DNA of 64,000 nt from an uncultured bacterium (lineage in GTDB: Bacteria > Patescibacteriota > Minisyncoccia > Phycocordibacterales > GWA1-40-21): contig OY970290.1 of assembly GCA_963716205.1 (NCBI GenBank), positions 175,417 through 239,416 on the forward strand. Direction: 5' to 3'. Shown piece by piece: positions 1 through 9,910 of this stretch. The position numbers and the translations under genes are program-made. Position 1 is the stretch's first letter; every line of letters starts with the position of its first letter. Below the pieces are notes generated by a model. It was given only the letters and a program-made list of their open reading frames with translations. It ran no database searches and was not told the DNA's origin.

Positions 1-453
1 AATGTCCTGACGAACTCAAAATCTAAGATCGGCGCGTATCAGTTCACCACTCTTGAACCGTATCTTGGCGACATGCATGGGTATATTTTGGCAGATATTC
101 CAGGACTTATTGAGGGTGCTTCGGAAGGCAGGGGGCTTGGACATAAATTCTTGAGACATATCAAACGAACAAAAATTCTTTTGCATTGCCTCTCGCTTGA
201 AAATGAGGATTTGGTCAAAGCATACAAAGTTATCCGCACAGAGTTGAAAGCATATAACGAAGAGCTTGCCGAGAAAAAGGAAGTGGTGATTCTCACAAAA
301 ACGGATTTGATAGACAAAAAAATACTCGATAAAGCGGTGAAGAAAATTTCAAAATTAAACAAGAATATTTTCTCAGTGACAGTGCTTGATGATAATTCGA
401 TCAAGAAATTGAAAGATAATCTGATAAAAATTTTGAGGAAAATGGAGAAATAA
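1..453 (+). CDS. obg: GTPase Obg/CgtA, 3' part (runs off the window start)
   Basis: Frame 1 is open from base 1: ..YQFTTLEP..ADIPGLIEGASEGRGLGHKFLRHI..TKTD (G2/G3/G4 motifs). Confidence 0.93.
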   Translation, partial: NVLTNSKSKIGAYQFTTLEPYLGDMHGYILADIPGLIEGASEGRGLGHKFLRHIKRTKILLHCLSLENEDLVKAYKVIRTELKAYNEELAEKKEVVILTKTDLIDKKILDKAVKKISKLNKNIFSVTVLDDNSIKKLKDNLIKILRKMEK

Positions 454-457
454 AATA

Positions 458-480
458 GGTGGGCTTCTGCGAAGCCCACC
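458..480. terminator. Hairpin between convergent obg and a small minus-strand ORF
   Basis: GGTGGGCTT-CTGCG-AAGCCCACC. Confidence 0.7.
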
Positions 481-497
481 CGTTTCTTTGAGAATTT

Positions 498-668
498 TTA
501 TTTAGCTGTGTACAACAATGCAAAAAGAACTGCTGACCAAACAAAAGCGCCAATCGAGGTGACGCCAAAAGCTACGGCAATTCCATAACTTTTTAAGTTG
601 GTCATAATTCCAGCAACGCCAGCATTGAACAATGCAAAACAAAGCAAGAGTAATTCAAGATTATGCAT
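498..668 (-). CDS. 56-aa two-TM orphan membrane protein (below the ORF-track cutoff)
   Basis: MHNLELLLLCFALFNAGVAGIMTNLKSYGIAVAFGVTSIGAFVWSAVLFALLYTAK; SD AAGGGG; minus-strand TTGACA-17-TATTAT (767..739). Confidence 0.6.
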   Translation of the reverse strand: MHNLELLLLCFALFNAGVAGIMTNLKSYGIAVAFGVTSIGAFVWSAVLFALLYTAK

Positions 669-806
669 TTTCTTCCCCTTATTTTTGATTTAATCAGATA
701 GGATTTTCCAATCCGTGTCCTTCAACTATTTCTTAATCATAATAACAAATTATATTTATTCTGTCAAGTATATAAAAACGCCTTAAAATAAGGTATATTT
801 GACCCA

Positions 807-2228
807 ATGAATACGGAAATGCAGAAAAAATACAAGACGACCATCGGTCTGGAAATCCACGCCGAGCTTGCGACTAAAACCAAGATGTTTTGCAATTGCA
901 AAAACGATCCGGACGAAAAGCGCCCGAATGTGAACATCTGTCCCGTCTGCACCGCGCAGCCAGGTACATTGCCTGTTTTAAATAAAGAAGCGATCAGTCA
1001 CGTTATCCGTGTCGGGCTTGCCTGCGGCTCTGACATCGCCGGCTTTACCGAATGGGACAGGAAAAATTATTTTTATCCCGATATTCCAAAGGGCTATCAG
1101 ATTTCTCAATATAAATATCCGCTCGTATCAGGCGGCGCGATAAACGGCGTGAAGCTTACGAGAATTCATCTCGAGGAAGACACTGCACGCTCGACACATG
1201 ATAAAGGAGATTTTTCGCTCGTGGATTTCAATCGCGGCGGTGTGGCGCTCATGGAGCTTGTAACCGAGCCAGTCATTCATGATGCAAAAACCGCGGCAAA
1301 TTTTGCCAAAGAGTTGCAATTGCTACTGCAATATCTCGGCGCAGGTGAGGCCAACATGGAAAAGGGCGAGATGCGCGTGGAGGCGAATGTCTCCGTCAGT
1401 AGCGAGGATGGAAAGCTCGGCACGAAAGTCGAGGTGAAAAATCTCAATTCATTCCGAACGGTGGAAAAAGCGATTGAATACGAAATAGAAAGACATATTG
1501 AAACGATTGAAGCTGGAGGAAAGATTGTCCAAGAAACGCGCGGCTGGGATGAAGGTAAACAGAAAACTTTTTCACAGCGATTGAAAGAAAGCTCGCATGA
1601 CTACCGATACTTTCCTGATCCGGATATTCCAAAGATGATGGTGCCGGAGATTTTTGATTTGCCAAAAATGAAAAAAGAATTGCCGGAATTGCCGTGGCAG
1701 AGGAGAGAGAAATATATGCAGTTTGGTATTAAAGCCGAAGATGCGGAAAGCTATGTGGGCGACCGCGAGCTCGGAGACTTTTTTGAAAAAGTCATTGCGG
1801 ATTTTGCAGGCGATGCGGAGCTCGTCAAAACCGCTTCAAATTATGTTTCGTCTGACCTCGTCGGACTGCTTTCCAAAGATAAAACTTTGAAATATCCGGA
1901 TCACAAAAATTTTGCAGAGATCATCAAAATGTTCAAAGCAGGTGAGATTTCTTCACGCGTTGCGAAAGATCTTGTTGTGCGGATTTTGAAAGAAAATATT
2001 GACCCGAGGAAAATCGCTGAAAAGGAAGGCTTGATTCAAAAGAGCGATGAAGGAGAATTGAAAACAATCATTGAAAAGTTGGTCGCGGAAAATCCAAAAG
2101 TTGTGGCGGATTATCGCGCTGGCAAGGAAGCATCACTCCAATTTTTCGTCGGTCAAGTGATGAAGATCACTAAAGGTTCCGCAAATCCGCAGATTATAAG
2201 GAAAGTACTATTGTCTGTTTTGAGTTAG
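807..2228 (+). CDS. gatB: Asp-tRNA(Asn)/Glu-tRNA(Gln) amidotransferase subunit B
   Basis: IGLEIHAEL, RKNYFYPD, HLEED, VEVKNLNS, DYRYFPDPD. Confidence 0.98.
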   Translation: MNTEMQKKYKTTIGLEIHAELATKTKMFCNCKNDPDEKRPNVNICPVCTAQPGTLPVLNKEAISHVIRVGLACGSDIAGFTEWDRKNYFYPDIPKGYQISQYKYPLVSGGAINGVKLTRIHLEEDTARSTHDKGDFSLVDFNRGGVALMELVTEPVIHDAKTAANFAKELQLLLQYLGAGEANMEKGEMRVEANVSVSSEDGKLGTKVEVKNLNSFRTVEKAIEYEIERHIETIEAGGKIVQETRGWDEGKQKTFSQRLKESSHDYRYFPDPDIPKMMVPEIFDLPKMKKELPELPWQRREKYMQFGIKAEDAESYVGDRELGDFFEKVIADFAGDAELVKTASNYVSSDLVGLLSKDKTLKYPDHKNFAEIIKMFKAGEISSRVAKDLVVRILKENIDPRKIAEKEGLIQKSDEGELKTIIEKLVAENPKVVADYRAGKEASLQFFVGQVMKITKGSANPQIIRKVLLSVLS

Positions 2229-2243
2229 TGATATAATGAGTGC

Positions 2244-2777
2244 ATGAAAAAACCTATCAATCTCGGCGTGAGATCCCACAAACCGAAAATTTATATCGGG
2301 ACGGATCACGCTGGTTTCAAATTGAAAAATCAGCTTATTCCATTCGTCAAAAGTCTCGGATACGAAGTTGCCGACTGCGGCGCGTATGTCGAAGATCCAA
2401 AGGACGATGATCCAAACTTCGTCTCGCAAGTGGCGCGCGCAGTGGCGCTCAATCCGGAACATGTCCGAGGAATAATTCTTGGCGGCTCGGGTCAGGGCGA
2501 GGCGATCGTAGCAAATAGATTTCCGAATGTCCGCGCCATCGTCTTTTACGGCAATCCGGGAATTTTCTCCAAGCTTGATGTGATCCGGCTCGGCCGCGAG
2601 CACAATGATTCAAACGTCCTTTCGCTCGGCGCGAGATTTTTGAGTGTGCAGGCAGCGAAAAAGGCGGTGAAAAATTGGCTTGAGATTCCATTTTCCAAAG
2701 CCGAGAGACATATTCGCCGGATCAAAGAAACGGAAGCGATCTCCCGCAGTGTGAAAAATAATTTGGAATTTAAATAA
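2244..2777 (+). CDS. rpiB: Ribose-5-phosphate isomerase B
   Basis: GTDHAG, GGSGQGE, REHNDSNVLSLGAR, RHIRRI. Confidence 0.93.
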   Translation: MKKPINLGVRSHKPKIYIGTDHAGFKLKNQLIPFVKSLGYEVADCGAYVEDPKDDDPNFVSQVARAVALNPEHVRGIILGGSGQGEAIVANRFPNVRAIVFYGNPGIFSKLDVIRLGREHNDSNVLSLGARFLSVQAAKKAVKNWLEIPFSKAERHIRRIKETEAISRSVKNNLEFK

Positions 2778-2778
2778 C

Positions 2779-3498
2779 ATGATAGACGTTATTCCTGCAA
2801 TCATTCCAGAAAGTTTCGAGGACTTGAAAGAAAAAATGCACCTCGTGAAAGGGCTTGCAAAAGTCGTGCAGATGGATGTTTGCGATGGGAAATTCGTTCC
2901 TTCAAAATGCTGGCCGTATGTGAATGATGACGGTGAATTTGAAAAAATCTTGCATGAAGACGACGGGTTTCCATTTTGGCAGGATATAGATTTTGAAGCA
3001 GACTTGATGATAGTCAATCCGGAGGATGGCGGCGCGGAGGATTTCATCAAAGCTGGCGCGAAACGGATTATTTTGCATATTGAATCATCCGATACAATTT
3101 TGGATTTCGTGAAAAAATTGCGCAAAGAATACGGCTATCCTCTCGAGTCGGCGGTGAGCGTGGAGATCGGTATCGGCATCGGTGTTGATACGCCAAATGA
3201 CGTACTTGATGTATTTTTTGAAAAAGATAAAGAGGGCAGGACGCTTGCGGATTTTGTGCAGTTCATGGGCATCAAAAAGATCGGCTACCAAGGGCAAGAA
3301 TTTGATCCGGAAGTCTTGAAAAAAATAAAATTCCTGCGAAAAAAATATCCTGAAGTGATCATTGGCGTTGACGGCGGAGTGAATTTTGAAAATGCGCATG
3401 ACCTTGTAAAAGCCGGCGTGAACAAGCTCGTCTCCGGCTCGGCATTGTATGAGCGTGAGGATATGAAAGAAGCGATTGAGGAGATGGAAAATAGTTAA
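2779..3498 (+). CDS. rpe: Ribulose-phosphate 3-epimerase
   Basis: DVCDGKFVP, LHIE, GYQGQ, VDGGV, VSGSAL. Confidence 0.88.
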   Translation: MIDVIPAIIPESFEDLKEKMHLVKGLAKVVQMDVCDGKFVPSKCWPYVNDDGEFEKILHEDDGFPFWQDIDFEADLMIVNPEDGGAEDFIKAGAKRIILHIESSDTILDFVKKLRKEYGYPLESAVSVEIGIGIGVDTPNDVLDVFFEKDKEGRTLADFVQFMGIKKIGYQGQEFDPEVLKKIKFLRKKYPEVIIGVDGGVNFENAHDLVKAGVNKLVSGSALYEREDMKEAIEEMENS

Positions 3499-3507
3499 AA
3501 TAAAATT

Positions 3508-4377
3508 ATGAAAACCTTACGACAATATATACAAGAAGCAGGCGAGAAGGGAATTGCAATCGGGCATTTTAATATTTCCAATCTGGAAATGCTCCACGGG
3601 ATTTTCAACGCGGCGAAGAAATTAAATTTGCCGGTTATTATCGGCACAGCAGAAGGCGAGCGTGCATTTATCGGCACTGAGCAAGCCGCGGCACTCGTCA
3701 AAAGTCTTCGAGATGAATACGATTATCCGATTTTTTTGAATGGAGACCACACACATTCATTTGAAAGCGCGAAGGAATGCATCGATGTCGGATATGATTC
3801 TTTTATCATTGACGGCTCGGCAATGCCTTTTGAGGACAATATTAAAATGACAAAGCAATGCGTGGAATACGCGCGGGAAGTAAATCCGGAGATTATCGTG
3901 GAAGGCGAGATCGGTTTTATCGGCGGGTCGTCAAAAGTTCTTGATAAACTTCCCGAAGATGTGAAGATCACCGAAGAATTTCTGACCAAGCCTGATGAAG
4001 CAAAAAAATTTATTGAAGCGACTGGTGTCGATATACTTGCTCCCGCTGTCGGCAATATTCATGGAATGCTTGCGAGCGGAAAAGAACCGGCGCTCAATAT
4101 TAAAGTGGTGAGCAATTTGCGCAAAGCGATAGGAAAAACTCCGATGGTGCTTCACGGCGCTTCCGGAAATACCAAAGAAGATATCCAAGCGGCGATCAAA
4201 GCGGGGATGAATGTCGTGCATGTCAGTACGGAAATCCGCGTGGCTTTCAGAAAAGCGCTTGAAGACGAACTCAAATCAAAACCGGACGAAGTCGCACCGT
4301 ACAAATACATGGACAATGACATTATCGCCGTTGAAAAGCTTGTGGAGGAGAAATTGAGAGTTTTTAATTTTCTCTAA
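3508..4377 (+). CDS. fba: Class II fructose-bisphosphate aldolase
   Basis: GDH, VEGEIG, GNIHG, VLHGASG. Confidence 0.92.
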   Translation: MKTLRQYIQEAGEKGIAIGHFNISNLEMLHGIFNAAKKLNLPVIIGTAEGERAFIGTEQAAALVKSLRDEYDYPIFLNGDHTHSFESAKECIDVGYDSFIIDGSAMPFEDNIKMTKQCVEYAREVNPEIIVEGEIGFIGGSSKVLDKLPEDVKITEEFLTKPDEAKKFIEATGVDILAPAVGNIHGMLASGKEPALNIKVVSNLRKAIGKTPMVLHGASGNTKEDIQAAIKAGMNVVHVSTEIRVAFRKALEDELKSKPDEVAPYKYMDNDIIAVEKLVEEKLRVFNFL

Positions 4378-4421
4378 TTAGCTCTTGATTTTTTACTGAA
4401 AATAGATATACTGTCTGTTCT

Positions 4422-5105
4422 ATGATTACATTGGAAGTAGAGAAGCGAGATATCAAATCGCCACTTGGCGAGATGAGAAAATCGGGCAAAATCCCGGCGG
4501 TTTTTTATGGCAAAAAAGAGAAATCAACGCCGATCGCACTTTCATTTGCTATTTTTGAAAAAACCCTTCAAACGGCCGGTGAATCCACCGTTTTGCATTT
4601 GAAAGGTGCTGGTATCGATGTTGACGTTTTGATCTACGACGTGGACCGGGATCCTGTCACCGACAAGCCGCGACACGTGGACTTTTATGCTATTGAAAAA
4701 GACAAGAAACTTGAAGTGAAAATTCCTCTCGAATTTATTGGCGTTGCCCCTGCTGTCAAAGACATGGGTGCAGTTTTGGTGAAAGTTATGCACGAGCTTG
4801 AGATTGAAGCACTGCCAAAAGATTTGCCGCATAATCTCGTCGTGGATCTTTCCACTCTTGCAACATTTGACAGTGTCATCAAAGTAAAGGATATCAAATT
4901 GCCAGCCGGCGTCGAGGTCAAAGGAAATGTCGAGGAAATCGTCGCATCTGTCTATGAACCGAAAGAAGAAGTTGAAGCAGCACCAGTTGATCTTTCAGCG
5001 ATCGAAGTAGAGAAGAAAGGCAAGGAAGCCAAGGAAGGTGCAGAGGGTACAGAACCAGCCGAAGTTCCAAAGAAAGAGGAAAAGAAAGAAGAGAAGAAAA
5101 AATAA
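4422..5105 (+). CDS. rplY: 50S ribosomal protein bL25 (Ctc form)
   Basis: IPAVFYG, HVDFY, C-terminal Ctc domain. Confidence 0.95.
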   Translation: MITLEVEKRDIKSPLGEMRKSGKIPAVFYGKKEKSTPIALSFAIFEKTLQTAGESTVLHLKGAGIDVDVLIYDVDRDPVTDKPRHVDFYAIEKDKKLEVKIPLEFIGVAPAVKDMGAVLVKVMHELEIEALPKDLPHNLVVDLSTLATFDSVIKVKDIKLPAGVEVKGNVEEIVASVYEPKEEVEAAPVDLSAIEVEKKGKEAKEGAEGTEPAEVPKKEEKKEEKKK

Positions 5106-5114
5106 TACAAACCT

Positions 5115-5342
5115 ATGAAAAAAGATATTCACCCAAAATATTTTGACAAGGCAAAGACGACCTGCGTATGCGGTGCGACGTATTCCTTTGGCTCAACGAA
5201 GCCGGAGATCCATGTTGAAATCTGCGCCAATTGCCATCCGATCTACACCGGCAATGAAAAAGTGCTTGATACCGCTGGACGTGTTGAGAAGTTCCGCGCG
5301 AGAAAAGAAGCCGGAGCAACCAAGGCAAAGAAAGGAAAATAA
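5115..5342 (+). CDS. rpmE: 50S ribosomal protein bL31 (Zn-binding form)
   Basis: MKKDIHPKY, CVCG, CANCHP, GRVEKF. Confidence 0.97.
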   Translation: MKKDIHPKYFDKAKTTCVCGATYSFGSTKPEIHVEICANCHPIYTGNEKVLDTAGRVEKFRARKEAGATKAKKGK

Positions 5343-5347
5343 CATTC

Positions 5348-5444
5348 ACAAGACCGCTCATTTTGAGGTACGCATAATTTCTTGCTAGAAATTTGCTCGA
5401 TACTCGCGCCACCGCTCGGTCGCCCTCAAAATGAGTGGTCTTGT
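5348..5444. repeat. Palindromic element: 21-bp outer inverted repeat with internal hairpins
   Basis: ACAAGACCGCTCATTTTGAGG (5348-5368) / CCTCAAAATGAGTGGTCTTGT (5424-5444), one G.T pair; inner AATTTCT-TGCT-AGAAATT. Confidence 0.7.
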
Positions 5445-5460
5445 TTGTTATAATAAAACT

Positions 5461-6453
5461 ATGAACGAACAACTCGAAGAATTCAGAAAGAATAAAAAAA
5501 CCACGTATCTCGCCGAGGAATACGCGCGTCTTGAGAATGAGGAAGAATCCATCAAAAAGATGGCGGAGAAAGATCCGAGCATGCATGTGCTTGCTGAGGA
5601 AGAATTGAAAAGCATTGTAACGCAGAAAGAAACGTTGTTCGCGCAGATGAAAAATATTCTCGCAAGCGGAGAAGAGGAAGAGAAATTTCCGAACGAAGTC
5701 GTCATGGAAATCCGCGCCGGTGTTGGCGGGGAAGAAGCGGCGATCTTTGCCGAGGATTTGGCAAAAATGTACAAACGTTTCTGCGAGCTTCGCGGTTGGT
5801 CATTCAATGTGGTCGCCGAATCCAAGTCCGCGCTTGGCGGATACAAGGAAGCTTCGTTTGAGATCCGTGGCAAGGAAGTCTACAAAGAATTGCGATTTGA
5901 GACTGGTGTGCATCGCGTCCAGCGCGTGCCCGAGACAGAGAAATCCGGCCGCGTGCATACTTCGACTGCATCGGTTGCCATTTTGCCGATCCGCAAGAAA
6001 TCAAAAATAGAAATAAAACCATCCGACTTGCAGATGGAATTTTCCCGTTCAGGTGGCGCGGGCGGACAAAATGTGAACAAAGTTGAAACAGCAGTGAGGA
6101 TTATTCACGTGCCGACCGGCATTGATGCACGTTCGACTTCCGAGCGAAGTCAGTTGAAAAATCGCGAAAAAGCCATGGCTGTTTTGACTGCGAAGCTTGA
6201 ATTGAAAAAAGAGGAAGAGGATTTTAAGAAATTTGCCGGCGAGCGCAAAGAGCAGATTGGCACCGCAGACCGATCCGAAAAAATTCGCACCTACAATATT
6301 TTGCAAGACCGCGTGACCGACCATCGCGTGAAGCATTCCTGGTACAACATTGAAACGATTTTGGCGGGGGATGGTCTTATCCCTGTCGTTGATTATATTG
6401 TCAAAAACGACGGCAAGCCAGCTTCTGGTGATGCTGATGCGGACGAGGAATAA
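5461..6453 (+). CDS. prfA: Peptide chain release factor 1
   Basis: PET (PxT) motif and [10 protein letters not shown]; start moved to ATG 5461, 6 nt after TATAAT. Confidence 0.95.
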   Translation: MNEQLEEFRKNKKTTYLAEEYARLENEEESIKKMAEKDPSMHVLAEEELKSIVTQKETLFAQMKNILASGEEEEKFPNEVVMEIRAGVGGEEAAIFAEDLAKMYKRFCELRGWSFNVVAESKSALGGYKEASFEIRGKEVYKELRFETGVHRVQRVPETEKSGRVHTSTASVAILPIRKKSKIEIKPSDLQMEFSRSGGAGGQNVNKVETAVRIIHVPTGIDARSTSERSQLKNREKAMAVLTAKLELKKEEEDFKKFAGERKEQIGTADRSEKIRTYNILQDRVTDHRVKHSWYNIETILAGDGLIPVVDYIVKNDGKPASGDADADEE

Positions 6454-6504
6454 AAGTCTTTTATCTCCTTGATATTTTAAAATATTCTGCTATACTCTCA
6501 CTTC

Positions 6505-7215
6505 ATGGTTACGGAAAACAAAACAAAAGAGGGCGATATGATCGGAGCTATGTTTACGGCAGGCGCTCATTTTGGCTATCAGAAATCACGCAGAAATGCT
6601 TCCACAGCGCCGTATATTTTCGGTTTGAAAAACAAAGTTGAAATCATCGACCTCGAACAGACTGAAAAACAACTCGAAAAAGCAAAAGAATTCATAAAAA
6701 GTATTGCTACGCTCGGCAAACAGATTCTTTTTGTCGGCGGAAAAAATGAAGCTCGCGAGATCATCAAGCTCGCTGCGATGTCTGTCGATATGCCATATGT
6801 GGCATCGAGATGGATCGGCGGAACATTGACGAATGCAGTCGAGATCAAAAAAAGAATTGCCAAATTCGAAGATCTCCAAAAACAGAAAGAAAAAGGCGAG
6901 CTTGCAAAGTATACGAAAAAAGAACGACTTTTGATTGACCGGGAAATTGCAAATCTCGACATGATGTTTTCCGGAATCGTTTCAATGAAAGAACTTCCGA
7001 AAGCACTTTTTGTCATTGATCCGAAAAAAGAATTCATCGCCGTTGCCGAAGCAAAGAAAATGAGTATTCCTGTCGTAGCACTTCTGAACACTGATTGCGA
7101 TGTCACTGAAGTCGAGTACCCGATTGTCGGCAATGACGCTTCCGTTTCAAGCATTGCGCTTTTCACCAATGAAATTGCAAAAGCATACAAAGCTGGCAAG
7201 GTAGCGAAAGCATAA
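6505..7215 (+). CDS. rpsB: 30S ribosomal protein uS2
   Basis: AGAHFG, RWIGGTLTN, GNDA. Confidence 0.97.
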   Translation: MVTENKTKEGDMIGAMFTAGAHFGYQKSRRNASTAPYIFGLKNKVEIIDLEQTEKQLEKAKEFIKSIATLGKQILFVGGKNEAREIIKLAAMSVDMPYVASRWIGGTLTNAVEIKKRIAKFEDLQKQKEKGELAKYTKKERLLIDREIANLDMMFSGIVSMKELPKALFVIDPKKEFIAVAEAKKMSIPVVALLNTDCDVTEVEYPIVGNDASVSSIALFTNEIAKAYKAGKVAKA

Positions 7216-7222
7216 AAGAAAT

Positions 7223-7810
7223 ATGGCAGTATCAATGGATCAAATAAAAGAATTGCGAGAGAAAACAGGCATTTCGATCATGCAGTGCAGAAAGGCATTG
7301 GAGGATGCGAAAGGCGATATGGGAAAAGCCATCATTCTTTTGCAGAAAAAAGGCGCTGAAGCCGCGGGCAAAAAAGCCGAGCGCGTGTTGAAATCCGGCA
7401 GAATCGTTTCTTATATCCATGGCACCGGCTCCGTTGGTGTGCTTGTCGAGCTGTGGAGCGAGTCGGATTTCGTCTCGCGAACGGATGAATTTGGAAAGCT
7501 CGGGCATGATATCGCGATGCAGATTGCCGCAGCAAGCCCGATGTATCTCAAGCGCGAGGATGTGCCGGAGGATGAAAAAGTAAAAGTGACTGATGCTTTT
7601 GCCGATGAAGTCAAAGGCAAACCACTTGAAATTCGAGAAAAGATTCTCAACGGCAAACTCGACTCATTTTTCAAGGAAAGAATTTTGCTCGAACAGGATT
7701 TCATCAAGGATCCTTCCGTTACCATCACTAATTTGCTTGAAACTGCCATCCAGAAATTCGGCGAAAAAATAGAAATAGGGAAATTCGTCCGGTTCAACAC
7801 GATGAAATAA
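7223..7810 (+). CDS. tsf: Elongation factor Ts (short form)
   Basis: IKELREKTG..CRKAL, ESDFV, LLEQDFIKD; follows rpsB. Confidence 0.96.
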   Translation: MAVSMDQIKELREKTGISIMQCRKALEDAKGDMGKAIILLQKKGAEAAGKKAERVLKSGRIVSYIHGTGSVGVLVELWSESDFVSRTDEFGKLGHDIAMQIAAASPMYLKREDVPEDEKVKVTDAFADEVKGKPLEIREKILNGKLDSFFKERILLEQDFIKDPSVTITNLLETAIQKFGEKIEIGKFVRFNTMK

Positions 7811-7836
7811 GTGCTCATTTTTGATATAATAACCTT

Positions 7837-8214
7837 ATGGCGATAGCTTTGTTTTACATAGCACTGATTCTTTTGGTCGGAATGATGACAGCCGAATATT
7901 TTGATGTATCGCCGTTTCATCATAAAGCGATTGCCGATATTGTTTCCGAGCAGGAGAAAAAGATCCGCACGATCGCAAAGACGAGCAGGCATTTTGCCTC
8001 GAAAATCCGGTTTGATAATTTCCACAAGCTTGTTGTCCGTATTGTTAATTACATCAAAAAAGAAATCATTTATTTGAAACGAAGATTCGATAGCCAGCAG
8101 CCGAAATTTTTCCTTCAAGCACAGAAACCGAGCGATGTGCACAAAAATTCTGTCTCATTTTTCCTCCGCAGCGTCACTGAGCACAAAAATTCCCTGAAAA
8201 AGAAAGATTTGTAA
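7837..8214 (+). CDS. Hypothetical protein with N-terminal TM helix
   Basis: Hydrophobic N-terminus; TGATATAAT 6 nt before ATG. Confidence 0.7.
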   Translation: MAIALFYIALILLVGMMTAEYFDVSPFHHKAIADIVSEQEKKIRTIAKTSRHFASKIRFDNFHKLVVRIVNYIKKEIIYLKRRFDSQQPKFFLQAQKPSDVHKNSVSFFLRSVTEHKNSLKKKDL

Positions 8215-8248
8215 TTTCTATTTTTTTCTGTTAAATTATCCTTACTAA

Positions 8249-8321
8249 GCCACCTTAGCTCAGTTGGTAGAGCAACGCTTTTGTAAAGCGAAGGTCCCCA
8301 GTTCAAGTCTGGGAGGTGGCT
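8249..8321 (+). tRNA. tRNA-Thr(TGT), CCA not encoded
   Basis: GCCACCT/AGGTGGC acceptor stem, GCTC/GAGC D-stem, loop TT-TGT-AA, CCCAG-TTCAAGT-CTGGG T-arm. Confidence 0.95.
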
Positions 8322-8369
8322 CCGCAATCGAAGTTGGAAAAAGCCAACTTGTATCTTCAGACAAGCATC

Positions 8370-9905
8370 ATGGATTATAAAAACAGCATATATTATCGGG
8401 TAGGGAGGGCAAGCGATTTAACGGGCAAAGATCGCGCCATATATCGTTTCTTTGAAATGCTTCCGGGAATTTTGGCTTGGCTTACCATTATAGGAATTTT
8501 CTTTCTTTCTTTTTACAAGCCGTTTTATTGCGCGGTTTTCATTATCTTATTTGATATCTATTGGATTTTGAAAGTCGTCTATCTTTCGATATTTCTGCGC
8601 CAAAATTGGAAAAAGACGAAGCACAATATGTCCGTCAACTGGCATGAGATGCTTGCGAACATAAAATATGACCGGATTCATCAGATGGTTATTCTACCGT
8701 TTTATCACGAGTCGTGGGAAGTGGTCAAAGGAAGCCTCGATGCACTGCTTGATTGTGAATATGACAAGAAGAAATTCATTGTCGTCATCTCCGGCGAGGA
8801 AAGAAATAAATTATATTGTCTTGAAATCATTGAAAAAATAAAAAAGGAATATTCGGGGAAATTCGAACATTTGTTCTGCGTCATTCATCCTTCCAGTATA
8901 GCTGGCGAAATGCCGGGCAAAGGTTCCGCGATAGCGTATGCCGCGGAAGCAGCGCGAAAAGAAATTTTGGACAAAAACAATATTAAATACGAAGATGTGC
9001 TTGTTTCGGCATTTGATATCGACACGGTGGCGTATCCACAATATTTTGAATGCCTGACATGGAATTTCTTGACCTGCGAAGATCCACTCCATTCGTCATT
9101 TCAGCCCGTGCCGCTTTTCAACAATAATATCTGGCAGTCGCCGGCGCTTTCCCGCGTAGTTGCATTTTCCGCGACGTTCTGGCAGATGATCCAGCAGGAG
9201 CGCATCGACCGGTTGGTGACATTCTCATCACACTCGATATGTTTCAAAACACTTTATGAAATCGGCTATTGGCAGAAAAATATGGTTTCGGAAGATTCTC
9301 GTATTTTTTGGAATGCATTTATAGCAAACGACGGAAATTACAAAGTCGTGCCGCTTTGTTTCCCTGTATCGATGGATGCGAACCTCGCGCCGACATTCTG
9401 GCAAACGACTCAAAATGTCTATAAGCAGCAAAGGCGATGGGCATACGGCGTGGAAAACGGTCCGTATGTGTTCATGGGGTTTTTGAAAAACAAAAAAATT
9501 CCGAAAGCGAGAAAATTCAAATTGACTTTCATTCTTCTTGAAGGATATTGGTCTCTAGCGACAAATCCAATTGTTATTTTTTTTCTCGGATGGCTGCCAG
9601 TCGTTCTCGGCGGACGGGAATTCAATCGCACGGTTCTCTCATACAATCTTCCGATCATCACGCGAACGCTCATGACGATTTCCATGCTCGGTATTTTCCT
9701 TTCTTTGACTATTGCAATGAGTTTTCTACCGAAAGCGCCGACTGGAACGAAAAATATCAACAAAATAGCGATGGTCATTCAATGGATATTGATACCGATA
9801 ACTGTTATACTTTTCGGAGCAGTTCCGGCGCTTGATGCCCAGACACGCCTCGCGCTCGGCAAATATATGGGTTTTTGGATAACGCCGAAACACCGGAAAA
9901 AATAA
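8370..9905 (+). CDS. Multi-TM GT2 glycosyltransferase, processive (cellulose-synthase-like) type
   Basis: DID, SED and QQRRW motifs plus TM helices; ATG 8370 preferred because the ORF-track start overlaps the tRNA. Confidence 0.85.
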   Translation: MDYKNSIYYRVGRASDLTGKDRAIYRFFEMLPGILAWLTIIGIFFLSFYKPFYCAVFIILFDIYWILKVVYLSIFLRQNWKKTKHNMSVNWHEMLANIKYDRIHQMVILPFYHESWEVVKGSLDALLDCEYDKKKFIVVISGEERNKLYCLEIIEKIKKEYSGKFEHLFCVIHPSSIAGEMPGKGSAIAYAAEAARKEILDKNNIKYEDVLVSAFDIDTVAYPQYFECLTWNFLTCEDPLHSSFQPVPLFNNNIWQSPALSRVVAFSATFWQMIQQERIDRLVTFSSHSICFKTLYEIGYWQKNMVSEDSRIFWNAFIANDGNYKVVPLCFPVSMDANLAPTFWQTTQNVYKQQRRWAYGVENGPYVFMGFLKNKKIPKARKFKLTFILLEGYWSLATNPIVIFFLGWLPVVLGGREFNRTVLSYNLPIITRTLMTISMLGIFLSLTIAMSFLPKAPTGTKNINKIAMVIQWILIPITVILFGAVPALDAQTRLALGKYMGFWITPKHRKK

Positions 9906-9910
9906 ATCAC

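Noticed and set aside
8249-8321. tRNA-Thr as an island attachment site or pseudo-tRNA
   Set aside because: I saw no duplicated tRNA 3' end. The single A-A mismatch at the top of the anticodon stem and the missing CCA are tolerated in real tRNAs.
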